A stretch of DNA of 63,764 nucleotides, counting the filler, from Octopus bimaculoides (taxonomy: Eukaryota), in the NCBI RefSeq assembly GCF_001194135.2. It is 5 parts of 5 records of this genome, joined end to end, with 100 filler letters (N's around TTAATTAATTAA, not from the genome) between each part and the next. Parts side by side here need not be neighbours in the genome. Positions count along the whole stretch, not along the records: positions 33,874 to 42,545 come from NC_068986.1; positions 42,646 to 54,871 come from NC_068991.1; 3 more parts are not named here. One strand, 5' to 3'. Position 1 is the stretch's first letter, and each line of letters begins with the position of its first letter. Position numbers and translations under genes: made by a program. The notes beneath the pieces are model-generated. The model was not told the origin of the DNA and made no database searches. It worked only from the letters and a program-made list of their open reading frames with translations. Below, piece by piece: positions 42,330 to 54,871 of this stretch.

Positions 42330-42465
42330 GTTGCTTGGAAACAAGTGAAGGTTAGCGACAGGAAGAGCGTGATACCTTAGAAAGATCTGCCTCAACGAAT
42401 TCCGCCTGACTCAAGCAAACGTAGAAAAGTGGACGTTAAAACGGCAATGACGATGTTGACAGTCA
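42330..42465 (+). mobile_element. 3' part of another retroposon family (tail ...agaaaagtggacgttaaaacg + GAT-like repeats)
   Basis: ggaaacaagtgaaggttagcgacaggaagagc...tctgcctcaacgaattccgcctgac; recognised by pattern only, no second full copy in the window. Confidence 0.45.
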
Positions 42466-42497
42466 CGCAAAAAAAAATAATATATACGTAAATATAC

Positions 42498-42545
<48 letters not shown>

Positions 42546-42645
42546 NNNNNNNNNNNNNNNNNNNNNNNNNNNNNNNNNNNNNNNNNNNNTTAATTAATTA
42601 ANNNNNNNNNNNNNNNNNNNNNNNNNNNNNNNNNNNNNNNNNNNN
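42546..42645. other. Artificial 100-bp join with TTAATTAATTAA (42590-42601)
   Basis: 44 N + 12-mer + 44 N. Confidence 0.95.
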
Positions 42646-42679
<34 letters not shown>

Positions 42680-43235
42680 GTGTGTGTGTGTGTGTATGTA
42701 AAATACACACGAGCGCACAGACACACACACACACACATGTAACAATCATGTACATACTCAACCACGTACGTGCCTGATTACTGTGTATGTTTGTATGTAT
42801 GTTTGTATGTATATGTGGATATATGTATGCTTTTATTGTGTGTTCGTCAGTGCCTGTGCTTTTGACTACATCAGTTTATTTTTCCTGTTCTCTCTCTCTT
42901 TCTCTCCTTCTCTCCCGCCCCTCTCTCTCTCTCTCTCACTTCAGCCTCAGTTTCTTCTGTTCTTTACAAATAACGTTCTTTTATAGTCATGTATTAAAAC
43001 GCACATAGCTACTTAACCACATTACTCCCGCATATAAACACACGCGCACTCACATCTACGCACACATATACATGCAAGCATACACACATACACATACGTA
43101 CATAAAAACTTACGTGCATACATGTATACATACAGAAAAGAGACTGTTGAACGAAAAGACATTCATAAGAAATCGCTTATGTTAGAGATCGCCTCAACGG
43201 ACTGCAAGTTTCTCAACGTCTGACGATATGCATAC

Positions 43236-43268
<33 letters not shown>

Positions 43269-43987
43269 TGTATGTGTGTATGTATGTACGTACATACGTA
43301 TGCATGCATGTATGTATGTATATATGTATGTATGTCATTATTCAGTTTTTCAAGATTTCTTGCCAATAGAGAAAGAGTCGGTTTCGAACCTAGATCCAAG
43401 GCTCCTTCATTGGAATTTCAACATCAGCAACAGGGTATGTATGTATGTATGTATGTATATATGTATGTATGTATGTATGTATGCATGTCTGTTTGTTTGT
43501 TTGTTTGTATACATGCATGTGTGTATGTANNNNNNNNNNNNNNNNNNNNNNNNNNNNNNNNNNNNNNNNNNNNNNNNNNNNNNNNNNNNNNNNNNNNNNN
43601 NNNNNNNNNNNNNNNNNNNNNNNNNNNNNNNNNNNNNNNNNNNNNNNNNNNNNNNNNNNNNNNNNNNNNNNNNNNNNNNNNNNNNNNNNNNNNNNNNNNN
43701 NNNNNNNNNNNNNNNNNNNNNNNNNNNNNNNNNNNNNNNNNNNNNNNNNNNNNNNNNNNNNNNNNNNNNNNNNNNNNNNNNNNNNNNNNNNNNNNNNNNN
43801 NNNNNNNNNNNNNNNNNNNNNNNNNNNNNNNNNNNNNNNNNNNNNNNNNNNNNNNNNNNNNNNNNNNNNNNNNNNNNNNNNNNNNNNNNNNNNNNNNNNN
43901 NNNNNNNNNNNNNNNNNNNNNNNNNNNNNNNNNNNNNNNNNNNNNNNNNNNNNNNNNNNNNNNNNNNNNNNNNNNNNNNNNNNNNNN

Positions 43988-44303
43988 GGCATCTTGGGCA
44001 AGTGTTTTCTACTATAGTCTCGGGCCGACCAAAGACTTGTGACTGAATTTGGTAGACGGAAACTGAAAGAAACCTGTCGTATATATGTATATATATATGT
44101 GTGTATGTCTGTGTTTGTCCCCCCAACATCGCTTGACAACCGATGCTGGTGTGTTTAATGTCCCCGTAACATAGCGGTTCGGCAAAAGTGACCGATAGAA
44201 TAAGTACTTGGCTTACAAAGAATAAGTCCCGGAGTCGATTTGCTCGACGAAAGACGGTGCTCCAGCATGGCCGCAGTCAAATGACTGAAACAAGTAAAAG
44301 AGT
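43988..44303 (+). mobile_element. Family B SINE (head lost in gap), followed by (TATG)n
   Basis: cttgggcaagtg...ggtagacggaaactgaaagaa...ggtgctccagcatggccgcagtcaaatgactgaaacaagtaaaagag. Confidence 0.92.
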
Positions 44304-44332
44304 ATGTATGTATGTATGTATGTATGTATGTT

Positions 44333-44922
44333 TCAGTACAGATCTAGATGGAGTGGACACTTAGAATGACAGACAACACAATGCCTAAACGGTTTTTTTT
44401 TTCTTTTCTGAGAACCAGTGACAGGTAAGCGTCCGTCCAACAAACCAAAGATGAGGTACAAAGATTGTCTGAAGTCGGGATTGAATAAGATAAATATTCC
44501 AATTGACAACTGGGAAGATTTGGCGCATTGCTGAGAAAAAAAAGCTGTGTATGAAGGCAAAATTGAATTTGAAAGGGAGAGAATGGAATCTGCAAAGATC
44601 AAAAGAAAGATGAGAAAAAGTGACTGGAATGATGTTCTAACAAGCATTAATGAACGTGATGATCTTACATGTGATGAATGTGGAAAGATTTGTCTTAGTA
44701 AGTCTGGGCTAAAGAGCCATATGAAATCACACATTGCACAGCTGCACATTGATTATAGATGGCCAGATGATTTCGAATGCATACTCTGTCATAAAGTATG
44801 CAGATCAAAAAGTGGCTTGAAAAACATAGTAAAGTTCATGGAGCTGTAAACTATACAATCACTAAGTTTTCTTGCACTAATTGTCAAAAAGCATGCAAAT
44901 CTTTGGCAGGCCTCAAAAGCCA
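44333..44922 (+). mobile_element. RTE-clade LINE 3' fragment with three tandem C2H2 zinc fingers; disrupted
   Basis: RSRWSGHL.MTDNTMPKRFF, TGKRPSNKPKMRYKDCLKSGL, WEDLA are RTE hallmarks. Then CDECGKICLSKSGLKSHMKSH, CILCHKVCRSKSGLKxHSKVH (1-nt frameshift) and CTNCQKACKSLAGLKSH up to the gap. Confidence 0.85.
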
Positions 44923-44932
44923 NNNNNNNNNN

Positions 44933-46215
44933 TTTTTATTATGGGTAGCTATGGCTTCTACCATACTGTGAGTTCTTATTTCTATGTCGTCGGGATTATC
45001 CTTCCGTCGGATTTCATTATAAAGTGTCCTAGCTACGACATCATGTTTCATCGGTTGATAATAACGTGATGACATTTTCAGACAACTGCTTATGATGTTG
45101 GTAATATCTTCAGTGTGAACTCCTGCATCTCTATCCCTTTTGTGCATAAAGAACTTGGTTGATATTTCCTGTTCCTGGATTGCAAATGCACACCCTTCAC
45201 AGTGGGAGGTTGTAATCCGGCTATTGGTCCATGATAAACTGCTTTGATGATCAATGTTACTATCATCACGGAGCCTTCTACTAACATATCCATGCATAGT
45301 CTTTTGCTCATATAGGCTCATCCTATCCGATGATACGTTGCGGTAGAGTTGTGCAACTTCTTTGGGCATGGATTCTAGGTTATCAGACAAAGTGTTGCTC
45401 AAGGAACTACTTTTCAAGTCTTATGATGCTATCAGCCTCATGTATGCAAACTTGGCCAAGAGATGCCAAAGGGATATGATGCGACATTCAAAGGCATTTT
45501 GGATTGATGCTAAGCTTCTACCGGCTTGTTTTCGTTTTATGTAGAGGCTATCTACATCACTGTTTATGTAGAAATTATGTGCGCTTGTTAGTATTTTTCG
45601 GATTTCCACATCAATAGCTCGGATCTCATTAAGCGCCCAATCAAGCAGCCCAAATGTTGGTATTAGTACTGCCACTGTAAACACGTTGTGGGCCACTGTT
45701 TTATTGAATGCAGAGAGTTCTGAGGTCCATATTTTCTTTATTCGGCTGTAATATTCTTTAGTGACACGTATTTTGTTACAGGGGCCGTTGTAAGATATAT
45801 CTTCATCCACCCCTAGATACCTGTAACAATCTTCGTCAGATACAGGGGAAATAGTAAAATTACTGATGGAGATGTTACTAGCCTGGTTTATAGTTTTCCC
45901 CCTTTTCACAACCATATAACAACATTTATGCTGACCAAACTCCAATCGTGCATCCTTTGAGAATGTTGCAACTAGGTCAAAGCTCTTTTTCATCTCATGC
46001 ATAGTTTTTGCATAAAGTTTCAAGTCATCTACAAAGAAACAGCGCGGAATTTTGTTATTTCTGTTTCCTTGTGAACCAGTGATGTATCCTTCAGACTTCC
46101 TTAACATGAATGACAAGGGGTTTACAGAAAGTATAAAGAACATCACAGAGAATATGCCTTTGCGATACTGTATTCTATCGATGATAATACAATAACTCTT
46201 TGTGTTTAATTTCAA
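44933..46215 (-). mobile_element. R4/Dong-type (RLE) LINE, 5'-truncated dead copy covering RT, thumb and knuckle region
   Basis: YRKGIF, FFVDDLKLY, LEFGQHKC, YRYLG, KQAGRSL, MHGY, FAIQEQEI and EDITNIISSC...RYYQPMKHDVVA motifs; contains frameshifts and motif deletions. Confidence 0.92.
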
Positions 46216-46559
46216 GATGATACATATAAATATAAAAGGAGCAAAAATACTGGAGATTCAGTATATACCAAGTAGCAAAATTATGAGTTGAAAATATGCG
46301 GAAAACATATATAAAAAGTGGAAGAGAAATGCTTTCGTTTCGCATAGTTTAATATCTTTTTATAAAGAATTTTTTATATATATGGCGGTGCATCAGCATG
46401 GCCGCAGCTTTAAGCTGAAACTATAAACAACAAAAAAAAAACATATTTTATGGATATCGTGATATCCAACCGGTTTTGCTATTTAAATTAGCTTTTCAAG
46501 GGACATTGTGAAGTAATCGTTTCTTGTGACAAAGGGGACTCGTTATTTTGGATACTAAG

Positions 46560-46835
46560 TCTATAAGTGCGGGTGGGTATTGACGTTCAATGAGTGTTAT
46601 TTTGAAGTCTTGTAGGCGAAGTTCTCGAGTGGTTGTGTCAGATACAATTGTACAGATCCTTTTTGCTAGATTGAATGGGATATTTATTTTGGTGTGTTTA
46701 GGATGGCATGAATTGAAAAGAAGATACTGTTTTGAGTCTGTTGGTTTGTAGTAGATGTCAGCTGTAATTTGGTTGCTGGATTTTTTTATAATCAAAATGT
46801 CCAAAATGGGAACTGTTCCTTGCTATATTCCATTG

Positions 46836-46836
<1 letters not shown>
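46560..46836 (-). mobile_element. Penelope-like RT/thumb fragment
   Basis: MEYSKEQFP-LDILIIK...DIYYKPTDSKQYLLFNSCHPKHTKINIPFNLAKRICTIVSD...RLQDFKITLIERQYP. Confidence 0.9.
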
Positions 46837-46875
<39 letters not shown>

Positions 46876-46877
46876 TT

Positions 46878-47300
46878 TATCTTTTTATCTTTTACGTGTT
46901 TCAGTCATTATACCGCGGCCATGCTGGAGCACCGCCTTGTGCAATTTTTAGTCGAATGAATCGACTCCAGTACTTATTTTTGTTAAGCCTGGTACTTATT
47001 CTATCGGTTTCTTTTGCCGAACTGCTAAGTTACGTGGACGTAAACACACCAACACCTGTTGTCAAGCGGTGACAAGAGACAAACACATAGAATATATATA
47101 CAAACATATAAAATATACATACATACATGCATACAGGTATATATACATATATATAACGGGCTTTTTCAGTTTCCGTCTGTCAAATCCACTCATGAGGCTT
47201 TGATCAGCCCGTGGCTATAGTAGAAGTCTCTTGCCCAAGGTTCCACGCAGGAATGAACCCCGAACTATATAGCTGGGAAGGAAGCTTTTTACCACACACA
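46878..47300 (-). mobile_element. Family B SINE
   Basis: Reverse complement of the full family B layout, with an internal AT/AC tract. Confidence 0.9.
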
Positions 47301-47623
47301 TACATACCCATATATACAATACAGATACACATATAAGTATTTACACACATTTTCACAACACACACACACACACATACATGCGTATCTATATTCGTTTATG
47401 TTTGTCAATCTGTAGGTATCTCAGTTTGTTTGTTGAGTATTTGTGTGTATACATGTGTGTATGTATGTGTGTTTATGTGAATGATGACCATACTCACCCC
47501 TTTCTATAATTCTGTAATCGTATATCAAACTAGCAACTTGTCAAACACTGTGACAGATTTCTCCGTTGGCCTCACACCGATATAACATCTCTAATGTCGG
47601 CCACATTGTCCCTATCACACATA

Positions 47624-47666
<43 letters not shown>

Positions 47667-47858
47667 CCTCCCTCCCTACTTCTTATCTCTCGCTTTCTCT
47701 CTCCCTGTTTCTCCCATGTATTTTATGTGTTCTTACTTTTTTTTCATTGTTTGCCAGTATTGACATCCCCTGTCTATCTGTCTCTTTCTTTACCTCTCTG
47801 TCTCTCTGTTTCTGTCTGTCTATCTTTCTGTCTGTCTCTTTCTCCCGCGCGCGCGCTC

Positions 47859-47898
<40 letters not shown>

Positions 47899-48198
47899 TA
47901 TCTATCTATCTTTCCCCTCACTGCATGACCTGTATCTAGATATCACTATATATCTCTCTATAAGTCTATCTGCTGCTTGATAGCCGTACTGTTTCTTAAT
48001 ATGAACTTATAAAAGCAGATGTTACCATCATAGCCATCCATATATTTTCTAACCGTACTGTACTGAGGATTCGATATAAGGTAGATTTAGCTGCTATTTC
48101 TAACAGCTGGGACGATCAGCCACGCTGGCTCATTGTTTAAAAATCCGTTATAATATTATTCTGCTTGTCATCAGCTTCGTGTTTTCCTGTGTTACGTC

Positions 48199-48420
48199 TT
48201 AAACAGCCTTAACTATGAAACAAAATCGGAAACGTAATTGAAATCCTTTAAATAATGAAACAAGTTCGAGTGTTACACTTTAAAATGCTTAACTATGGAC
48301 GAATATCGAAGACAGCCGAAGTCTTTAACATACTGAAAGAACGTCAAATGTTACTCTTTAAACAGCCTTAACTATCGAAAGAAATCAAAGACATAATTGA
48401 AAACTTTAACTTAATGAATC
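48199..48420. repeat. Degenerate ~159-bp tandem duplication
   Basis: ttaaacagccttaactat at 48199 and 48358, each followed by similar aaatc...taattgaaa...tttaa...taatgaa. Confidence 0.65.
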
Positions 48421-49809
48421 AATATTATGAACATTTACAAATTTATGCATCAAAAGAGAAATTAGAAAAACTTTTAAGTGGAGAACTCCCACATATCCCA
48501 CAACTTGTTGCTGCTGTTGTTGTTGTAGTTGTTGTGCAGCTTTATGTTGTGGCATGTAGGTAATGGACTAAGTGAATAAGCGCAACCTGCAGATCTGTTG
48601 TTTCATATATAACATGCTCCTACTCAACCAAGAACCATACTACACTTCCAGACAAGTAATGGTTGATCATATTGGATATTGTATATCTGTTCAGACATAC
48701 ACGATTTTCCTTGTCAAATCTACGTATGCACGTCAGTTTCTTGTTGTTTGGCCTCTAGTCAGCCTTAACCAAGCAGGCCGATGATGAAAAGCATCCCAGA
48801 TAAAGCATTTTCAGTATTTCCGTCTCTATCTGCAGTTCAAATATACAGGACTTCATAATCCAACGTATCCCTTGCTTAAGTGCTTTCTTTTGAAGCGACT
48901 TAAGGTGGTAAAGTGTCTGAGTCCTTACAGCGTCGACTACAATGCCTTGCAGTGTTTGTTCCGGCTCTTAGCGCTTTGATTTCATATCTCACTGAGATCA
49001 GCGTTGCTTTTTATCATTTTGGAGTCGATAAACAAAATACCAGTCATATTATTCTCTCTCTCTTTCCCATCATCCCTTCTTCCTCTCTCGATTAAGGTTG
49101 GCCATGTTGTCCTGTGAGAAGAGTCGCGAGCAACCCACTCACAAAACCCCTTTCTCCAGATACAGGAAAAGGTTGAGCGAAGACCAAGCAACCACTTCTC
49201 ATAGAAAGCACAAAAGCAAACTAATGTTCTACTTAAAACTGCCTGAGGATTTACCAATGAGCAGTAGAGCAAGAAACAGCTGTAAAGAATATAAAAAGAA
49301 GGCTCTAATTTATGAAAGGATGAAGTTGCTATTTGTAGCATATCATGCGACCAGAGAAGCGGCAGCTGCAGAAAATTACATAGAGGACTCGATGCGAGAG
49401 CAACAGTTGCTGTCCTTCTTATATTATTATCTCAGCATAACGATTTCTGCGGGGTTTTTTTTATATTTGTACTGAGTGGGACAGAGCGTTTCACGTTGGT
49501 GTTGTAGTAGTGTCAATGAAATGATTATTAGTGTTGTGGAATGATGAGATATGGCAGTTTCTTCGTGCCGAGGAAGGGCAGCACGCTCTTAAAAAGCTGT
49601 CTAAACCGATCCTTGTCGCTGCAGTACTTTTGTCTTTACCTGCACTTTGTTGTTTTAAAATGAGAGTCAGTCTGCACAATCCGATCTAACTCAGCGTGTT
49701 AAAACGTCTGCGGTGACCAGTCAACTATAGCTTTTACATTGGAATGATCTTCTAGGTGAATTGCTTATAGGGCCGGAGTGCTCCACCGACCTTGGATGTA
49801 ATAGTGTCC

Positions 49810-50300
49810 AGAAGGATGTAGTAGTGTTGTGGAATGTTCTAACAGTGTTTTGGAATGATGTAGCAGTGTTCTGGAATAATATATTAACCAACTGAAATGA
49901 TATAGCAGTGTTCTGGAATAATATATTAATCTTCTGGAATGACACAGCAGTGTTCTGGAATAGTATATTAATGTTCTAAGGCGGTGAACCGGCAGAATCG
50001 TTAGCACGCCGGGCGAAATGTCTAGCTGCATTTCGTCCGCATTTACGCTCTGAATCCAAATTTCACCGAGATCGACTTTGCCTTTCATACTTTTGGGGTA
50101 GATAAAAATAAGTACCAGTTGTGTACTGGAGTCGATGTAATCGACTGTACCCAATTTTCCAAAATTGCTGGCCTTATGCCAAAATTTAAAATCTAATATA
50201 TTAATGTTCTGGAATGATGTAGGAGTGTTCTGGAATAATATATTATTATTCTGGAATGATCTAGGATTATTTTATGGTGTTCTGGAATATAGTAGTGTCT
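49810..50300. repeat. Minisatellite (gcagtgttctggaataatatattaatgttctggaatgat-like) interrupted by a SINE
   Basis: Units on both sides of 49978-50196. Confidence 0.85.
49978..50196 (+). mobile_element. Family A SINE with a 14-bp flanking direct repeat (tatattaatgttct)
   Basis: The direct repeat lies at 49964-49977 and 50197-50210. Confidence 0.9.
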
Positions 50301-50339
50301 GCAATGTTGTAATCGTATCTCTTTCATTTTTTTAATCTT

Positions 50340-50558
50340 TTACTTGTTTCAATCATTACTTGTTTAGTCGAACAAATCAGCCCCAGTACTTATTTTTAAG
50401 TATGGTGCTACACCTGAAAGGGTTAAGAGTTGGATTCGTCAATGACAGCTATATTAGGCACTGCTTTTGTCGAAACGCTATGTTACAGGAACGTAGAAAA
50501 ACCAGCAATTGTCATCAGGCAGCGATGTGATACAAACTCAAACACAAAGTCACACACA

Positions 50559-50599
<41 letters not shown>

Positions 50600-50686
50600 N
50601 NNNNNNNNNNNNNNNNNNNNNNNNNNNNNNNNNNNNNNNNNNNNNNNNNNNNNNNNNNNNNNNNNNNNNNNNNNNNNNNNNNNNNN

Positions 50687-50719
<33 letters not shown>

Positions 50720-50895
50720 GCACGCGCGCACACACACACACATACGACGACCATATTTCAGTTTCCGTTTATCAAATTTACTCAGAAGGCTTTGGTCACC
50801 CAGGGCTCTAGTGGGAAACACCTGAATAAGGTGCCGTTCAACGGGAATGTACCCAAGATCACATGGTTGGGAAGTAGACTTCTTATCACACAATC
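50340..50895 (-). mobile_element. Family B SINE, interrupted by a 52-bp insert and a (CA)n gap
   Basis: Tail remnant at 50340-50400; body from 50465; head ...atcacatggttgggaagtagacttcttatcacac. Confidence 0.75.
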
Positions 50896-51569
50896 ACGCC
50901 CGCATCTATTGGAACATTATAGACATGTCTCTCTGTATGTTTGGAAATTGAAATGCATATAGTAGTTTGGATTTCAAGGTCTGGAGTTTGCTACAAAGAA
51001 AATAAATAAATAAATAAATAAATAAAACTACCACTAGTATGTTTAGGGATTTACTCAATTTTTTGTACAATTGTTTCATTGTGTAAATGGGGTCTGCAGA
51101 TCTGTCCTCTGTGCAATCCAATCTTTAATGATTTAAAGTTGGCCATCTTATATACATTTCTAGGTTCAATACTTACCGACATTCTAGCATTCTGCTCCAG
51201 CATTTTAACGTTCTAGTCCATCTTTTTCCTGGCAACACTTCTATTATCGTAATTTATTATATTTACCTTTGTATTTTTCATTCTAGTAATACTAAAAATA
51301 AGACAGAAATGTGAAAACAACTTAGAAGATCGGCTAAATAGCCTGAGAAAATGTAAGAAAAAGAATAAGTGATTAGCAAGCCACTACAAAGAAACGAACC
51401 CTATACCTCTCTGAATTCGGTTAACCACGCTGAGCCATTAAGCTATGCAACCCCAGATATCAAGTACTCTCTTTTATTATCCTAAATATCTTAAAATGAT
51501 GAAAATATTTTGATTTGATTTTCGTCACTTAAAGCCGCACTACTTTTATCATAGCAAATATTTTTTGCA

Positions 51570-51706
51570 GGCGCAGGAGTGGCTGTGTGGTAAAGTAGCT
51601 TCCTTACTAACCACATGGCTCCGGGTTCAGTCCCATTGCGTGGCACCTCGGGCCGACCAAAGCCTTGTGAGTGGATTTGGTAGACTGAAACTGAAAGAAG
51701 CCCGTC

Positions 51707-51772
<66 letters not shown>

Positions 51773-51938
51773 TTGTCTCCCCACCATCGCTTGACAACAG
51801 ATGCTGGTGTGTTTACGTCCCCGTAACTTAGCGGTTCGGCAAAAAGAGACCGATAGAATAAGTCCTGGGGTCGATTTTCTCGACTAAAGGCGGTGCTCCA
51901 GCATGGCCGCAGTCAAATGACTGAAACAAGTAAACGAG
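51570..51938 (+). mobile_element. Near-full-length family B SINE with internal (TA)n(TG)n
   Basis: A-box gtggctgtgtggtaa, B-box ggttcagtccc, tail gactgaaacaagtaaa; lacks the cttgggcaag segment present in the 43988 copy. Confidence 0.92.
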
Positions 51939-53796
51939 TGAGAACTTTTTACCAAAATATTCTTCTCACTGAGCACATTCTTTTCTTTTAAAATAATTGA
52001 GATATTTTGATTCAAAATCAATTTTCGGTTTACTCTCCCAATTTTGACTCCACATTTTGACTTAACCTTTTTTTCTAATGAACCAAATTTCAATTATTGT
52101 TATCTCCAACTGTAGCTTGAAACTGGACCATCATTGCTAAAAAACTGCATTCACTTTGGTTGAGAACTGAACTAGTGATGAGGGCTAGAAGTGCTCGCGA
52201 GTGACTAAAAGTCGACCTTTGAGAATGTATTCACCCGCGATAGTGGGTGAATGATATACGTATGCGCACATATATATGTATATAATGTACATACACACAT
52301 GGATGCATACATGCACGCGCGCACTCGCACACACACACACACACACACACATACATCCGTCCAATCAATATACATACATACAAACATACTAACACATATA
52401 TACAAACATGCATACATACACACGTACATACATGCAAGCATGCATGCATGCATACATACATACATACATAGTATATACATGCATACATATATACATACTT
52501 ACATGCATACAAATTGTTACCCTAAACAGCAGCAGCAGTATAATAGCCGAAATTGTATTTCGCACGAGAGAAATAACAGCAAGTCTTTCACTAGATATTT
52601 ACGAGGGCTTCAGATTTACACCTGAAAGGGTTAAGGGTTGGATTCGACATGACAGCTATATTAGGCATTATTAGGGAACGCAGTGTTATGATGGAACATT
52701 ATCTGTCTCGTTGGAATCTGTCCGTTCGTCGCTCAGTCATCATTATGTACGCCCGTCTCATCGTGTTCCTCTTGACCACACAGTCTTCCTCGCTGTCTAT
52801 ATGAAAGTAACTAGTCTGTGTGTGTGTCTTGTACGTGCGAGGTAAATACATGTATTCATAAATACATACATACATTAATATGTGTGTGTGTAAGGGATTG
52901 TGTATGTACATATGTGTGTATGTGTATGCGTATGCATGTATGAATGTAATATTTTAATGTAGATCTGTTTCACTAACTGTCTTCCCCTCTTACAGTTTTA
53001 TTCGCTGACTCTCTGCATAACTATACACTTTCACTCTCCTATCTCACTCCCATTAATACACGCACTCTCTATCTCTGTCGTGCGACAATTCTTTCTACTC
53101 ACCTATCTTTTTTCTTCCTTACACTTACTTTTCTATCATTTTTTCTGTCTACCATTTTCACTTAACTGCCTATTTTTTTCTATATGTCGGTACATCCCCA
53201 TCAATGTTTCCTATCTTTCTGTCCGTCTTTCTTCCACTCCAGCTATCATTCTGTCTCTCAATATTTTTATCCACTTTGCTCTTTCTTATTTCTTTTTGCT
53301 TACCTTTCTATCGCTTTCACTGTCTGCTGTTTTCACCCAATATCTTTTATCTTTTCTTCATTCACGCACTTTCCATGCTCGCTTTCTTCTATTTTTCTAG
53401 CATTGTCTTTTTTTTTCTACTTTCCCTGCTTTTACGTATCTATTAATTCTATCATTGTAGCTTTTGGCTTCTCCCCTCCTTCGTATTTCTTTATCTCTAA
53501 CTTTCTATCTATTGCATTTATGTATAAGCTTTACAAGATTCTTGATGGGAAATCGTGTGTTGAAACATTGTTACACTTGCAGATAGGAGAAGAGACACGT
53601 GGGAGAGAAAATCGGCGAAGAGGTCACAGTATGTGTGATGAGAGAACTTTGACAAATAAAATAAAAACAATAATAATAGAGTTAAGGTGAAGATCAAATG
53701 AATAGTGCGTGTGTTTAATCTGCAAAATATGACCATCCCCGAATATAACAATATTTCTGTCTCTTTAAGGCAGTGAGCTGGTAGAATTATTAAAAA

Positions 53797-54000
53797 AGGC
53801 GGCGAGCTGGCAGAAACGTTAGCACGCCGGGCGAAATGCTTAGCGATATTTCGTCTGTCTTTACGTTCTGAGTTCAAATTCCGCCGAGGTCAACTTGCCT
53901 TTCATCCTTTCGGGGTCGATAAATGCGTACTTGGGTCGATATAATCGACTGGTCCCCTTCCCCCAAAATTTCGGGCCTTGTGCCTAGAGTAGAAAAGAAT
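53797..54000 (+). mobile_element. Full-length family A SINE, CpG-intact
   Basis: ggcggcgagctggcagaaacgttagcacgccgggcgaaatgcttagcg consensus head. Confidence 0.92.
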
Positions 54001-54084
54001 ATTTGTCTCTTTATTTCAATTAATTCAATCTTGTTCAGCTTTATCTCAGTAAGGCTTTTTCTTTCAGTCTCTGTCTTTCGTTCA

Positions 54085-54871
54085 ACCTACTGGTACATTT
54101 TCAATATTATCCCTTCTAAAAAGCACCACACGAACTTTCTGTTTTCAAGGATGAAGAATTTTTTCCCAACCAATCTCTTCGATCTTCTGCATTGTGTCTT
54201 TGCAGTGTGGGGTCGCACATTTTTCTGATGAAACATCACTCCTTTTCGATTCACTAAAGCGGGTCTTTTTTTCTTCAAAGTTCGGTTCAAACGCTCTAAT
54301 TGCTGACAGTTGACTTGAGCATTGATTGTTGCATTAGGTGGTGACAATTCAAAGTGAATTACTCCTTAGCAATCCCACCAGATTGAGAGACGAACTTTTT
54401 TCCCATGAAGTTCCCTTCTCGGTTGTGGTTGTGCTTTTTTCCCTTTTACAAAGCCATTGTTTACGACGTTTAACATTTCGATAGACTCAATTTGATGTCC
54501 TGTTCGATCTTTATCTTCAAGGCAGAAATTTCCACTTCTGAATTTTGCAAGCCATCTTCTGCAAGTTCTTTCATTCAAGCATTCTTTCCCATAAACTGAG
54601 TGTATGTTTCGAGTCGCTTCGGCTGCAGAGTTTCCTTTTTTTGTACTCATAAAGCATTATGTACCTCAAATGCTCTTTGGATACTTCCATGTTAGGATGG
54701 GTTTTAATCAAAGAAATTTTAATTCTATTATTCTGTAAAATAATATTTAATTAGTTTAAGTGTACATAAATGCATAAAAATAATTTTTAATTCCATTAGA
54801 CTTTCTAAAATACTATTAAATTTCATTCAATTTTATAAAAGGTAAAATCGAACAGAACTTATGAGATGACC
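54085..54871 (-). mobile_element. Mariner transposon remnant with internal deletions; one TIR reaches the gap
   Basis: KGNSAAEATRNIHSVYG...ERTCRRWLAKFRSGNFCLEDKDRTG, ELHGKKVRLSIWWDC, TINAQVNCQQL, HQKNVRPH (normally HxDNARPH), IGWEK. TIR-like ggtcatctcataagttctgt at 54852-54871. DEKW and YSPDL motifs are missing. Confidence 0.9.

Noticed and set aside
8224-43619. Long ORFs made of YI/HT/CV/MYVC repeats and X runs
   Set aside because: Translations of (TA)n, (CA)n, (TATG)n microsatellites and N gaps; not genes.
44884-45417. Single 177-aa ORF crossing the gap at 44923-44932
   Set aside because: It joins Dong coding sequence to the antisense of the unrelated RTE fragment through Ns.
49098-49475. 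125-aa ORF after an RTE-5'UTR-like motif (ggttgagcgaag...caaccacttctc)
   Set aside because: No recognisable domain; probably decayed retroelement sequence, not supportable as a CDS.
49810-50300. Regularly spaced repeats resembling a CRISPR array
   Set aside because: Eukaryotic context, no unique spacers, no cas genes; a degenerate minisatellite.
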